Shown: positions 49,250 to 62,902 of the stretch, one piece after another | Layout of the letters: every line of letters begins with the position of its first letter | Numbering within the stretch: the stretch's first letter is position 1 | NCBI RefSeq assembly: GCF_001194135.2 | Contig: NC_068984.1 | Location: 79,492,649-79,556,648, forward strand | Reading direction: 5' to 3' | From: Octopus bimaculoides | Taxonomy: Eukaryota | DNA length: 64,000 nt | Program-made: the position numbers and the translations under genes | The notes under the pieces: model-generated | What the model saw: only the letters and a program-made list of their open reading frames with translations | Told to the model about the DNA's origin: nothing | Databases searched by the model: none

Positions 49250-51856
49250 CAAATTTACCAATAGTTAATTTGTATAGAGCCACAGTTTCGGGAGCTAAGT
49301 ACCAGAGATGGCTGGAAAATTTTTTTGCAGCAGCTTTACTGATTTCTGATAATTTATCAGTTGATGCATGAATAGGAAATCATAATAAGATGCTTTAATT
49401 GCTTCTGATGTCAGAAACTAAGCTTGAATGTATGCTCAAGCAAGGAAAATACATATTCTTCTTAAAGAGTTCTTCTCCCCAGGAGATAACTGAAATTGAT
49501 CTTGAAACAGGTCTATCTTGAATGCATAAAATGCTTTTGATATTCACCTGGCATGACTTACACTTCGTGGTGTACGAAATAATATCCTGTTGTTCGGAAT
49601 GCTGCCAAGAAAGATCATCATTAATTCCAACAATTCTCGGTAATCATCTCCCTGTTGTTTCTGCGTAGAAAGGTGATATTCAAGAAATCCAAGAATGGTA
49701 GCGCAGACATCATCAGGCACTTCATTGCTACCAGTTATGTAAACCTTCTTGCTGACTTTTGTCCAGGTTTCTCTAAATATTTTGAAAAAGGCCATGGCTG
49801 GACCAGAAGTTGCACCCATCAGTGAGTCGAAACAGCTCCTAAAATGTAACTCAGAAATGTGATAATGGCAAGGGAAGTACACCAGGTCATGATTGAGAAT
49901 TTTTCTTGGTTTGTACTACTCAACCTGTGTTACTTGCTATCGTATCACAGGAAAGTGCCTGAATTTTGTTGGTTATACCCCACTTCTCCACTGCAAGCCA
50001 TGGCTTGCTGTTTTCCTGAAGATGTTGGAATTTCAGGGACTCCCAATAATTGCTCCTTGCTTTGAAAAGTTACTATTATTACCAGTCTATCAACCTTTCC
50101 AATGCTTGGGAATGCTGGGAGCAGCTTTCCATCCCAGTGCAACAGTAATTTTTAACAGTTGTTTAGGTTAAATTTGTGCTGTATTTCTGTGTGTCTTGCT
50201 TCTTTAAATTGTTTTCTAAGGTGCTGAAAAGAAGTGCGATTTATTACTAGATTTTTAGTATCAAACCTGAAAGCCATTGATATGTAAATACCATTTCTTT
50301 CAATGATTTTCTACCTATCAAAAACATCAGAGAGACGGGGAGTAAAAAACTGCAATGTACCTTGAGTTGCTGGAACTGTTGTTGCTGCTGTGGTTGTTGC
50401 TGTTGCTGATATTTGCTAAATGATGACAGGAATTTTCACTGTCATCACCACCATAACTGCTTTAGCTGCTTCGCATTGAATTATCAGTTTCTGATGTAGC
50501 AAACTGATGAATAGTAAAATTTTGTCCCATTTCTTCATAAGACCTTTTTTTTTCCTGACAGTTTCCATTGAAGTTAGCTGCAGTGCTCTTTCTTCCTTGT
50601 GTTTTAGTTTTTGATCTACACCAACCATGGAGACTGGTCATCCTTTTTGGTACTGAAGAATTAAGAACTTCTTATCCTCTTCAATTTTCATCTGTCCCAA
50701 AGCATCTGAATGAGCTATGTCAAAGAGATCGTCCATCATTTCCACAAGCATTTTTCTTTTTTCTTTTTCCTTGCCTGCAATTCTTATCAAATTTTTCTGT
50801 AAACCTTTCCATTCATCATAGACTTTGAGGACCTTATCAACACAGTGGTCAGTTCTTCTGGTAGGAATTCATGCTTTTTGCCAAAACATGGAAATTTCTT
50901 GAATCACTAATGCTGCACTTTCTTTTGTTATAAGATTTACAACTCTTACATTGTAGAAAAAAACACTTAAAACTTGTCAATTCAAGGGTAGATTCGCTCC
51001 CATGATTTGATTGGAAATGGAGCCAACAAAAGTTGCATGAAAATCTTTTCTTAACTTGTGTGATGAACTACCTCAAGATGATGATGCCATTTCACAGGTC
51101 TAGGAAGAATATGTCACAGAAGCCACTTTGCACCTGCACAAACAGTTCTGAATGAAAAAAGGAAGAATTAGTCACCAAAGGCACCATATTTGGTCACAAA
51201 ATAAGTATACAAAGCACATAACATTATAAAACCATAGAAGTTATAAACATGGTATTACAACTTTGTCAGGTCTACCAACATAACAGGGAAAGATCTATTT
51301 CATAATTTCAAAACGAACAAGTGCTTACAAGTTATTTACAAATAAATTAACTCATATTTACAAACGTAGTCAAGCCATATTAGTTCACTGTTTATCACTA
51401 ATATATATTTCTTAATATTTTATTTCTCTACACTACCATTAGGTGCAGTACAATTCTTTCAATGAATGAACACAACTCACAACCTCACTTGCTTACGGTT
51501 AGCTGCTAACTGGATGATGGCAAAATATAGGTGTTCGCCCTAACCCTGTGCTCTATCCCCAGCTTTGCAAGTTACCTTCCCCGTTATAGTTATTGTCACT
51601 TATCCTTCTAATACCAAGAATAAGTCTGAACAAGTTTTTAATTTAAGAAAAAATTATATCAGAGATAAAAAATTTTATCTGTAAAAATAACATTCTGGAT
51701 GAAAACTTCAAAATTTCACAGTCGATGAAGTTGTCCGCTTACAGTTGTCTGCTTGAGCTAAAATTTTGCATAGATTGTTTTTTTTTTTGTTAATTGGAAC
51801 AAGATAGTGGGGTGGAAGCTAAACTTTTAGAAAGTTGAAAAGTAGGAGCCACCCTA
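49250..51856 (-). mobile_element. hATm-like DNA transposon, pseudogenised
   Basis: Terminus TAGGGTGG (reverse complement, ends at 51856). MDDLFDIAHSDAL..KIEEDKKFL...MVGVD, HWDGKLL...VDRL...EQLLGVP, CHYHISEL...TSGP...DDYRELLEL..IFLG...FRTP...HAR, KFSSHLWYLAPE. The other end was not found. Confidence 0.82.
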
Positions 51857-53239
51857 ATGCATATACGCATATATGTATCCATGCATATATGTATGTATAG
51901 ATATGTACATATTTATATATACACACATATGTTTACATACATACACACATGTATGGGCGTATACGTGTTTGTGTACGTATGTTTATGTATAGCAGTGCAT
52001 TGAGGAATGTCCATTTGTACAAACAAACAAAAAGTAAACCAAAGAAAGAAGAAAGTTCAAAGTTTGCTATTCAATAGAAATTGCTTTGGGGTCAATGTAA
52101 TCCATGAAAACAATCCTTGAAAGTGGTGTCAATTACTGAAACCAATGCAAAAATAGGGTCATGTGAAAGCCATGTTAGAGTATGTTTTATTTATTTAAAA
52201 CTTGAGTTACATAGAATTTAGTTTCACTGAATTAATATCTAGGAGCGTATTATGAAAGATAATGACATTTTTCATCCTGTCAATGTTTGTTGACTCTCTA
52301 GGGTTAATTAATGTTAATTTTCTTTTGTTTTCACCTGATTGTTTTGATTATTTTAAAGTTTCAGAATATGTGCAATTGATAATTTTGAAGATTTCTTAAA
52401 GGCAATATATATATTTTTTCCAAACATATTTAATTATTCATATCTACAAACGGTCTGTTTCAGCATATCGTACTCCATCAGTGCAATGTGCTAAATAATT
52501 CATTATTTGTGATTAATTCAACTAGTTCAAGATGAGAGATGATTAAATAATAACTGTTTATATTAAAATTTGTTTTTAAAATTAGAAGTTTACCACATTA
52601 ATATAAACTGAGAAATTACAAAGATAAATAAAACTTAAAGCCTCAAAACTTTGAGGAAAATACCTGCACAAATTTTGTTTGCATATCATTTGAGTTTAAA
52701 CAACAGAATATTTGTCCTTTCTCAGAAAATAAGAACAAATGAATAGCATTTAAGTTTTTTCATTGCTAAAGGCTTAATGTAGATGGTCAGAAGATCAAAT
52801 ATTGGGAAATTTCAAGAAAATTTCTAGAATGAAGAATGAATAATTTTTTTATTACTGCTATAAGATTAAAGTTAGATATTGGGGAAACTTTGAGAAAATT
52901 TCCATTTCCAAGACAAAAGCAAAATTGGCTAAAATGGAAATTTTTCTTCAGATTCACCAATAACATTTCTCTTAGTCTATGTAATATATATTTTTGTTGA
53001 TCAATATCTAAGTGAGGCTAAGGATGTAGAACTAAGTATTCAGATTCCAAGAACAACTATAATTCTTCTTTATATTGATTTTACTCTTATCATATGCAGA
53101 CGAATGTTCTGCAGACATTTTCCTCGAAGTTTTGAAGCTTTAAGTTCTAACTATCTTTGTAATTCCTTACTTTGAAATTCCTTACACTTATTGTATTAAT
53201 ACGGTTCAGTCTTAATTCTAAAAAAGGAAAAGAAAAATA

Positions 53240-53410
53240 TTCATGTTAGCTGTTGTTGGTTAACACCTGGTCAGCCCCAAATTAGCAAACCTATCACAAA
53301 TTGCATTCCCATCACATTGTACAGAGAATTCAAGGCCACTTTATTTAATACGTATACATTTTTTAAGACAGTAGGATGTAATTTCAGGGAGTTGACTGCT
53401 ATTTCTTGCA
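53240..53410 (-). mobile_element. Dispersed repeat family F, degenerate copy
   Basis: agtaggatgtaatttcagggagttgactgctatttc and gcaaacctatcac...gcattcc. Further F pieces at about 21225-21440, 30645-30720, 41820-41870, 42615-42750, 54835-54930 and 59160-59245. Confidence 0.6.
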
Positions 53411-54182
53411 AATGAATGAACGTGTACAAGCTCCGGTACAAGCTCCTGTAATATTCTGTATTTGTGTGTGCAAGTTTGGAATGTATGTATACTTATATGT
53501 ATGTATGTTTATATGTATATATTTGTGTGTATTTATGCTTGGTGCATATGTGCATGTGTGTATGAGTGTGTATGTATATATGTATGCTTGAATGTATGTA
53601 CATATGTATGTATGTTTGGTATGTATTGAAATATATATGTGTGCACATATATGTATGTGTCTGTATATATGTATGTATATTTGAGTAAGATTTTATAATG
53701 GATCTCTGTCAAAATTTTTTGACGTGACAAAATAACTGTCTCTAGAGATTGTGCCATTTCTCTTTCTTTTTGTTTTTTTAGCAGTTTTGGAATAGATAGA
53801 ACAGACAAAATGACTACTTTTTGTATATCGTCTTTACTTTTTTTACTGATGTGATAATACAGATCAAATATGGATTATCATTCCATTATCAATTCTGTGT
53901 GCTGAAGACCAGCGTAGCAAAAACAAAAACCCAAATAAACAAAACACACATATATATATATATGTGAAATGGAGAAAAACAAGAAACATGAGAAAAAATC
54001 GGATTAATACTGGGAATTACCAAAACCAAAATCTTTGTTTTATTCATGCAAACAAGCAAACGAGGAAGGAAAGACAAAAACTGCACTGATAAGATAAAAT
54101 CAAAAAAGAAATATTATCAGCAAATAACTCAAACAGCAATAAATGCATAATGCAGTACAACGCCAACAGCAACAAAAACCAG

Positions 54183-54231
<49 letters not shown>

Positions 54232-55194
54232 CGTGTATATATATCTGTGTGTGTGTGTGTATTTATGTATATACATATGTGTAGATATGTATGTATATAC
54301 ATGTTTGTGTGTACATATATATATATATATGCCTTTATGTATGTATATGTGTGCATGTGTTTATGTATGTGTGTGTATCTGCATCATTGTATATGTAGTA
54401 TATGTATTGGTTAACGAATGTATATACATTTATCTCTCATTCACATTCTTGGAGAAAAATCAATATAAAAATTCTCTTAATGATACAGGACTACATTAGA
54501 ATATAAATTCTTTTCATTAACAAAATCATAATCACTATTCTGCTGCCTTTACCGTACGTTATGTTCATCATCACAATCATTGTACTATCTTTCTCGGTAC
54601 TGTTATCATTTGACATTATTACCATTATCACTACCTTTGCTATTATTGATGTCACCATCATCCCTATGATGATGATGATCATCATCATCTTCATCATCAT
54701 TGACACTAATATCAACTCCACTGCATTCATCTCTGGCATTATCAATAGCAAGGTGACACCAGAGTTGATGGTAGCATCTTCAATTTCATAACCTATCGCT
54801 GTCATTGATGTTGTTGTTGTTTTTCTTATTGTTTAGCTTCTGCTCACCTCTGATGATGCAGACCTATGACCAAAATTATTCTAGCTGTGACCATCTCACC
54901 TAATTATCCCTGATTAGGTAGACCTATGACATATAAGTAGTCAGCCAAAATAATTAGGTGCTTATTATCCATCCAGCATTTTAAACATATCAATTCCACA
55001 GTCCTTCTTGACATATTCTATTCAGTATAGGTACAACACTGATTTTCAGGTACCTTTACTTCCAAAGGCTTTCCAGATTACTGATATTTCCAAAGCAGAG
55101 GTGGTCACTATAGTTAACTCATTCTAAATTATGCAAATATTAAATTCACTTAAATAATTATTAAAAATATGGGTATCTATAAAAAAAACTGGTA

Positions 55195-55420
55195 CTCTGT
55201 CGGTTATGACAACAAAGGGTCCAATTGATCCAGCTGCTCATGGAATTAACGTGTAAATGACTGAGCACTCCACAGATATGTGTGCCCTTAATGTAGTTCT
55301 CAGGGAGATTCAGCATGACACAGAGTGTGACAAGGCTGGCCCTTTTGAAATACAGGTACTACTTACTTTTGCCAGCTGAGTGGACAGAAGAAATGTGAAA
55401 TAAAGTGTCTTGCTCAAGTG
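55195..55420 (-). mobile_element. Hybrid SINE: family E/CORE-like centre joined to a family C tail
   Basis: gtgaaataaagtgtcttgctc (E centre) contiguous with gctgagcactccacaga...gtgacaaggctggccctttgaa (C tail). Confidence 0.75.
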
Positions 55421-55684
55421 CTCAAGGACACATTGTGTCACCTGGATGCTCTTTCGGTTACCAACCCTTGCCTCTTTCTGTCTGAGTAAGGTAGTATTTC
55501 CCCATGACCAAACATGTTTTTGCAGAAGACTGGAAATGAAGAATGCTGCTTGCATGATGAGGACACTTGCTCCAAATTATCAGACAGTGACAGGGCAAGG
55601 AAATGGTAATACACACAGACACACACACACACACGTATGCAGAGATGTTAACAGTTGATGATGTTAAGAATGGGTAAAGAATGG

Positions 55685-55830
55685 GTAAAGACCACCTTCA
55701 GTCATGAATGACCATGAAATTACACCAAGAAAGTTACCTTCCAAGGTACAAGTCTGGGCAAGGTTATTTATGGAAGACCAGCAGTTACCCATGCATACCA
55801 GCCTCCTCTCTCCAAACCCTTATGTTATCC
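55685..55830 (-). mobile_element. SINE family E, 3' part, inverted relative to the adjacent copy
   Basis: Reverse complement of about 56030-56160. Confidence 0.8.
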
Positions 55831-55841
55831 ATGCGCTTTGT

Positions 55842-56160
55842 GAAGGCACGTGGCTCAGTGGTTAGAGTGTCAAGCTCACAATCATGAGGTAGTGAGTTCG
55901 ATTCCTAGAATGGGCTATATGTTGTGTTCTTGAGCAAGATACTTTATTTCACGTTGCTCCAGTTCGCACAGCTGTAGAAAGGATATCAAGCTGTATTGGC
56001 CTTTGCCTTTCCCTTGGATAACACCGGTGGTGTGGAGAGGGGAGGCTGGTGTGCATGGGCGACTGTTGGTCTTCCATAAACAACTTTGCCTCCATTTGTG
56101 CCTCAGAGGGGAACTTTCTAGCTGCAATCCATGATTATTCATGACCAAGGTGGGTCTCTT
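55842..56160 (+). mobile_element. SINE family E, full length
   Basis: gaaggcacgtggctcagtggttagag...gagttcgattcc, then ttgagcaagatactttatttcac. Confidence 0.88.
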
Positions 56161-56167
56161 AATATAC

Positions 56168-56500
56168 ATTACATCATCATCATCTAACATCCGCCTTCCA
56201 TGCTGGCATGGATTGGACAGTTTGACAGGAACCGGCCAGGTAGAAGACTACCCCAGGCTACTGTTTGTTTCAGCATGGTTTTTATGGCTGAATAGCCTTC
56301 CTAACACCAGCCACCCTGCAGAGTGGACTGAGTGCTTTTTATGTGGCACCAGCACAGGCGAGGTCAGTTTTGGCATGGTTTTTACAGCTGGATGCCCTTC
56401 CAAATGCCAACCACTTCACAGTGTGGACTGGATGCTTTCCACGTGGTACCAGCACCGGCAGGGTCACCAAGTAACTTGCAAGACAAGGAATTTTGAGAGA
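56168..56500 (-). mobile_element. Family B-related copy with an internally repeated module
   Basis: (CAT)n-aacatccgccttccatgctggcatgg, with the gctggatgcccttcc.aa.gcca module present twice. Confidence 0.75.
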
Positions 56501-56744
56501 GTAGAAGACATTGGAGGAGGTGATCTCGCGTCAGATTGATGAAAGGTTAGAGTGTGACAGAGAGACAGAGNNNNNNNNNNNNNNNNNNNNNNNNNNNNNN
56601 NNNNNNNNNNNNNNNNNNNNNNNNNNNNNNNNNNNNNNNNNNNNNNNNNNNNNNNNNNNNNNNNNNNNNNNNNNNNNNNNNNNNNNNNNNNNNNNNNNNN
56701 NNNNNNNNNNNNNNNNNNNNNNNNNNNNNNNNNNNNNNNNNNNN

Positions 56745-56784
<40 letters not shown>

Positions 56785-57264
56785 TTGTGTATATAAAAGT
56801 GACCAGTAAGTGGTCTGTTAATATGCTAGAAAAAGATCACTTAAAAAAGTTTGGTACATGTTGCCAGTTCATACTCACTCACAAGTGATGGCTGGGTGTA
56901 CTGCATTATTTTGCTGGTGTGATTTTAGATTTAATCTGCAAGTTTCAAAGTTAGAAAGTATTGATGTTTATCGAAAACTAAATATATCATCTTGATTTTA
57001 ACATCAATGATTTGCTAATGCAATTTTATTTTATTCCTTTATTGATTGATTGTAATGCAATTTTCAAATGGACAGTCAGTGGTGGAATAGCTTAAGTCTT
57101 GATGTATTTCTTTGCTACATTGAATTTGTATTCTGGAGGTATTGATCATTTCCTTCAGCAAGACACTTAACCCAACATTTCTAAAACCACATACCCAAAA
57201 TAATGATGATGGGGATGAGGATGATGATGATGATGATGGTGATTGTTGTTGTTTCATAAAAGCC

Positions 57265-57690
57265 AACAATTTTAGATGGTGGGGAGTTAGTTAATTACAT
57301 TGACCCCCGTGCTAAACTGGTACTTATTTTAATGACTGCAAAAGGATAAAGACACAGTTGACCTCAAGCAGTATTTGAACTTAGAACATAAAGACCTGCA
57401 AGAAATGCTGTTAAGCATTTTGTCTGATGTGCTAATGTTACCACTAACTTTCTGCCATGATGATGATGATGATGATGATTCTGTCTATTACAGCCGCAGG
57501 GCCTGAAATTTTGGGGAAGTGGGCTTGTTGATTTCCTTAATCACAGTGCTAAACTGGTACTTATTTTATCAAACCTCAAAGAATGAAAAACAAAGCTAAC
57601 CACAGCAGGATTTGAACTCGGAATATAAAGAGCCAGAAGAAATGCCACTAAGCATTTTGTCTGACTTGCTTATGATTCTGCAAGCCTGCA
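57265..57690 (-). mobile_element. Two tandem SINE family D copies, CpG-decayed
   Basis: ctaaactggtacttatttt...atttgaact...aaatgc..ctaagcattttgtctga, present twice. Confidence 0.8.
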
Positions 57691-57704
57691 GTCATAATAA
57701 AGGG

Positions 57705-58037
57705 TAAGACCCTCTTTAGTCATGAATGATCATGGGATTGCACCTAGAAAGTTACCCTCTGAGGCACAAGTCTGGGCGAGGTTGTTTATGGAAGACCAGC
57801 AGTCGCCCATGCATACCAGTCTCCCCTCTCCACACCACTGATGTTATCCAATGGAAAGGCAAAGGCCAATACAGCTTGGTACCAGTGATGTCACAACTCA
57901 TTTCTACAGTTGAGTGAACTGGAGTAATGTGAAATAAAGTGTCTTGCTCAAGAACACAAAACACAGCCTGGTCCAGGAATCGAACTCACTACCTCATGAT
58001 TGTGAGCTTGACACTCTAACTGCTGAGCCATGCACCT
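57705..58037 (-). mobile_element. SINE family E, full length
   Basis: Reverse complement of 55842-56160. Confidence 0.88.
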
Positions 58038-58060
58038 TTACAGTCTTAATAACAATAATT

Positions 58061-58260
58061 AGAGGAATATAAAGGAAATTGGAATAAAGTGCCCAGTAGA
58101 ACTGTTAGAAAACAGTTGCCTCCTTGGCATGGCCAGAATAACCAGGAAAGTATTAGATAGCTGAATGAAACGGATAGCATGGTACCATAGGCTGTGGGTA
58201 GCAAGCCTGCTACATATGCAAGGCTCCAGGAGTTCCAACAAAGCCTGTGATAAAAAGAAA
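58061..58260 (+). mobile_element. R4/Dong-like subfamily 2, short 3' end
   Basis: RNIKEIGIKCPVELLENSCLLGMARITRKVLDS*, preceded by taataacaataat. Confidence 0.75.
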
Positions 58261-58649
58261 TAATCTCTTAAAATTTGAAATAGGAAATATTTGGAGCATA
58301 AAATGCTGCAAAACATTTTGTCTAGCATGCTAACAATTCTGCCAGATTGGCACCTTATTAATAATGATAAACTGTATATAACATAGTTATCCAATTACCT
58401 TCATTCATAAATTGGAATGTGTTAAACATATTTTCCCATTCTTCTGGACAATCAAATATGTATGAAATAGCTAGTCAGCAAGCAATGATCTGGGTTATTA
58501 AAGAACATAGGAAAATTTCTTAATCTACACATGTGTCTAGGTGAGGACATGTTTGTGTCAAATGACTCATGTATGTGGTGTATGTGCATACATCACATTC
58601 ATGTATTTATGTGTGCGTTTGTGTGTGTATATGTGTGTGCATATATAGC

Positions 58650-58870
58650 ATCATCATCAGTTAACATCTGTTTTCCATGCTGGCATGGGTTGGATGGTTT
58701 GACCAGAGCTGGCAAGCAGGAGAGCTGCACAGATCAGGTTCCAGTCTGATCTGGCTTGGTTTCTTCAGCTAGATGCCCTTCCTAACGCTAACCATTTTAC
58801 AGTATGTGCTAGATACTTTCAATGTGACACTGGCACGAGTGCTTTCACATGGCACCAGTGCAAGATTCTT
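58650..58870 (-). mobile_element. Family B-related copy
   Basis: catcatcag.ttaacatctgttttccatgctggcatgggttgg...gatgcccttcctaacgc. Confidence 0.8.
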
Positions 58871-59259
58871 GCAGGCCAATCCCCTTCACCAGAGGATGCC
58901 GCCTTAACACTTCTGCTGTAGAGGACAGGTCTTCTTGAGTAAGGAAAACACACACACACACACACACAACCTGCCTTGGTCTGTAGATACAGAACCGTGA
59001 TTAACCCTGAAATATCGAGGCCCTTTAGATGTTCAGGCTTGGCTCCTAGGTATTCTAGCTGAGAGGCAGCTTCACCAATTGACTAATTTAGGATGCTTTC
59101 TAAAAGGCCACTGTGCTTCCTTCATTCGCTGACCTAAAGTGTAATACAATATAAAAAGAATGAGATGGTCATGTCCAGAATACTTTTGACCATAAGTTTG
59201 CTTGATCAGAGTCAAACTGGAGGTTATCAGCAACCACAATTATGAAACAACTAGATGCA

Positions 59260-59604
59260 TGCATGGCTGTGTAGTTAAGAAGCTCATTTTGCAAGCATGC
59301 AGTTTCAAGTTCAATCCTTGGGCAAGGGTCTTCCTCTATAGCCACAAACTAACCAATGCCTTGTGAGTGAATTTGGTATATGGAAGCCTGTCGTATATGT
59401 GTGTGTGTGTTTGTCCACTGACTGCTTGATAACTGGCGTCAGTTTGTTTGCATCCCTGTAACTTAGTAGTTTAGCAAAAGAGATTGATAAGATAAGTGCC
59501 AGATTTAAAAAAAAAAACAAGTACTGGGATGGATTTGTTTTACTAAATCCTACAAGGAGGCGCTTTGGCAGAGTTACTGTCCAAATAACTGAGACAAGTA
59601 AAAG
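59260..59604 (+). mobile_element. SINE family A, old copy
   Basis: ggctgtgtagttaagaagct...ccttgggcaag...ccttgtgagtgaatttggta...aagtactggg. Confidence 0.7.
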
Positions 59605-59620
59605 CAGAAACCTCCTTTAA

Positions 59621-59833
59621 CCATTTTAGCATTTAAACTGGCCATATCCAGCCAAAATATTCAACATGTTCAAACTAGTCAAATTTGGCCCCCACACCCA
59701 CCCTACAATGTGATTCTAAAAATAAAATGTCATGTCATTGGAATCTTGAAGCTACAATATAATACATGCTTAATTGAAAATAATGTAAATAAATAAGCAT
59801 TACATTTGACAGAATAATCTGGATGCTAAAAGG
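59621..59833. mobile_element. piggyBac-type MITE (213 bp)
   Basis: TTAA on both sides. Termini ccattttagcat / atgctaaaagg. Confidence 0.8.
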
Positions 59834-59954
59834 TTAAGCAGTTAAGAGTAACAATTCTTAATGTATATTTTATTATTATTATCTAAATAATGATTTTCTT
59901 CGGTCATGTGACAGGCATCACTCTTGCCAACGTTATTACACAAATCAACATGGG

Positions 59955-60720
59955 ATCGTCTCTATGTTGACTGAACTTGCTAAAAATTGGAACCAAATTT
60001 TCTCGAATATCACACTATTTTTTGAAAAATGGATATTTTGGATAATGTAGAATTAAATTGCCTGCCGACAGGAATAAGATGGGATGGTCATAGCTGGAAT
60101 ACTTTTGATTATAAATCTGCTCAGTCAGAGCTGATTTTAGGCTAAACAGCGAAAAACAGTAACTACAAGGAAGTCTTTACATAGTTGCTCAATCTGCTAA
60201 AAATAACTACAAAATCTTCCTCAAATCTCAATCTACTGTCTCAAAGAGAGAACACATTTCATAATAACCCCATATCTGCCAAGCAGATGGGATGGTCATT
60301 TCTGGAATACCTTTGCTTATAGATTTGTTCAATCACAACAAGGAAGGCTTTATATGGTTGTTCAATTTGCTAAACAAAGTGACCAAATCTTCCTCAAATC
60401 TCAACCTGCTGTCTCAGATAAAGACAATATATTAAATAACAATCCTACATCTACCAAAAAAAAAAAGATGGGATGGTCGCATCTGAAATATCTTTGATAA
60501 TAGGTTTGTTCAATCACAGCAAAGAAGCCTGTGGTTACTCAATTTGCTAAAAATAGCAACCAAATCTCCCTCAAATCTCATCCTACTGTCTCAGAGACAG
60601 ATCGCACACATTACATAAGATAATCCTACAACATCTACCAAAAAGACATGATGATTACAATCACTGAGATGCCTTTGACCACATTTTTATTTGATCAGAA
60701 CCAACCTGGGGCTAAACCTA
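59955..60720 (+). repeat. Head-to-tail array of about 4 diverged ~175-210-bp family F units
   Basis: Units start near 59955, 60167, 60341 and 60521 and share tgctaaa..accaaatct.cctcaaatctca.c.tactgtctca and, in three of four units, gatgggatggtc. Confidence 0.8.
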
Positions 60721-62172
60721 CGTAGCAATAACAGCAACTACATCATCATAATTGTCTTCACTATTGCATAAAAGTTTTTATATGAAACTTCCGAACTTCT
60801 ACAAAGTAAATTTTCCCCATTCTCCAATAACCACAAATTCAACTTATATTGACCATTTTTCATAACTTAGTACCACTTATTTCATTCTGAAGATTTCAAG
60901 ATATTTACAAGAATTAATTATTGAAGCAAGTGAATGCATAAATGTATATTATATCGTCGAATGGAATTATCTGTTGTAGATATAGGCACACCCCTTGCAA
61001 TACATCCAAACACTCTAATGATAATGTAACAATAAATATTTTTATTATCTATTTGTTCTTTCTTCTGGTTTTCTGCCAAGTCTTTTATAGACATTCTTAA
61101 AATTTATATTTCTTATTAAAAATTTATTTGCATCGGTTCTTTCTCATTTGACTTTTGACAAAAGATATAGATTTTGTCAGTAATTTTTATAAATTGGTTT
61201 TATAGCAAGCTGTGTATGTGTTTGTGTCTGGCTATGTTTAAAAATTTAAAGAATTTGTATGTAGGTATGTGTATGTGTGTGTGTGTGTATGTAAACACAT
61301 ATGTACAGATGCATTTATATATGAGTGTGTATGTGTATGTTTGAACGTATGTATGCATACATGTATGAATATATATATAGATGTGTGTTTTTGCAGGCAT
61401 CCATACATGCATGTGTGTGTATGTATATATATATATATATATNNNNNNNNNNNNNNNNNNNNNNNNNNNNNNNNNNNNNNNNNNNNNNNNNNNNNNNNNN
61501 NNNNNNNNNNNNNNNNNNNNNNNNNNNNNNNNNNNNNNNNNNNNNNNNNNNNNNNNNNNNNNNNNNNNNNNNNNNNNNNNNNNNNNNNNNNNNNNNNNNN
61601 NNNNNNNNNNNNNNNNTACACAACCCTTGTATTTATAAATTTAATTATTTGAACCGTGCAATCTTCATTCTCATCACAAAAACAAATCACACAGGTATAC
61701 ACACATTCACTGACACACACACTCACACACACTGACAGACAGACAGACAGACAGACACACACACACACACACACACACACACCAACAATATAACTGAGAA
61801 CCAATCTCATGTGCCCAACTAAATCACGAAGCAGAGCACTTTTCAGTCATTAGAGGTTCAAAAACACCATTAACAATATCAATTTAATCTATACATTTCT
61901 CACCAGATAACTCTCGTTGTTTTACCAAACAACTGTTAGTTCATTCTCTCCTTCTCTTTGGTCTCTTCTTTGTCTTCTCAAATTAAATGATTTCCCAGCA
62001 AAGAAAATTAAAATGATGGACGCAACTCAAGAGGGAGAATGTCTGACAATAACAATAAAGTAGCAAAGATTAATGCTATTCTTTGCTTCACAATCTGATT
62101 GTGAGGTTCACTAAACGATGATGGTTGGCCATTGCTGGTGTATGTATATATATTGTTAGTGTAAGTATGTAT

Positions 62173-62288
<116 letters not shown>

Positions 62289-62329
62289 CACAATATGTGT
62301 ATATATATATATATACACACACACACACA

Positions 62330-62372
<43 letters not shown>

Positions 62373-62679
62373 CAGCCCAATGCTGGTTCATGTGTGTATA
62401 TGTATATATACATACACCAGCTGCGTGTGTGTATAGATACATAGATTTAGTGTCTGTCCTTGCCACTCGTTCTCTCTTCTCTTTCTCATAATTCATGAAT
62501 AACATTTATTTAAACATCTTTACAGATGCGTATAAAGTTTATATTTATATACATATTCTATCTACGTGTATAGAAGTATAAAAATATATATACATGTATA
62601 CACACACACACACTCACACACACTCACACACATGCACATATAAAATCTTTCATGCTGCCATGGGTCAGATCATCATAAT

Positions 62680-62902
62680 CATCATCATCATCATCATCAT
62701 CATCGTTTAACGTTTGCCTTCCATGCTACCATGGGTTGGACGATTTGACTGAGGACTGGCAAGCCAGAAGGCTGCACCAGGCTCCAATCTGATCTGGAAG
62801 AGTTTCTATGGCTGGATGCCCTTCCTAACGCCAACCACTCCGAGAGTGTAGTGGGTGCTTTTACGTGCCACCGGCACGAAGGCCAGTCATGCGGTACTGG
62901 CA
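62680..62902 (-). mobile_element. Family B copy with (GAT)n tail
   Basis: Near-consensus match to 8681-8830 and 39546-39699. Confidence 0.9.

Noticed and set aside
54491-54805. Hydrophobic Met/Ile-rich ORFs
   Set aside because: These are translations of degenerate (CAT/ATT)n trinucleotide repeats.
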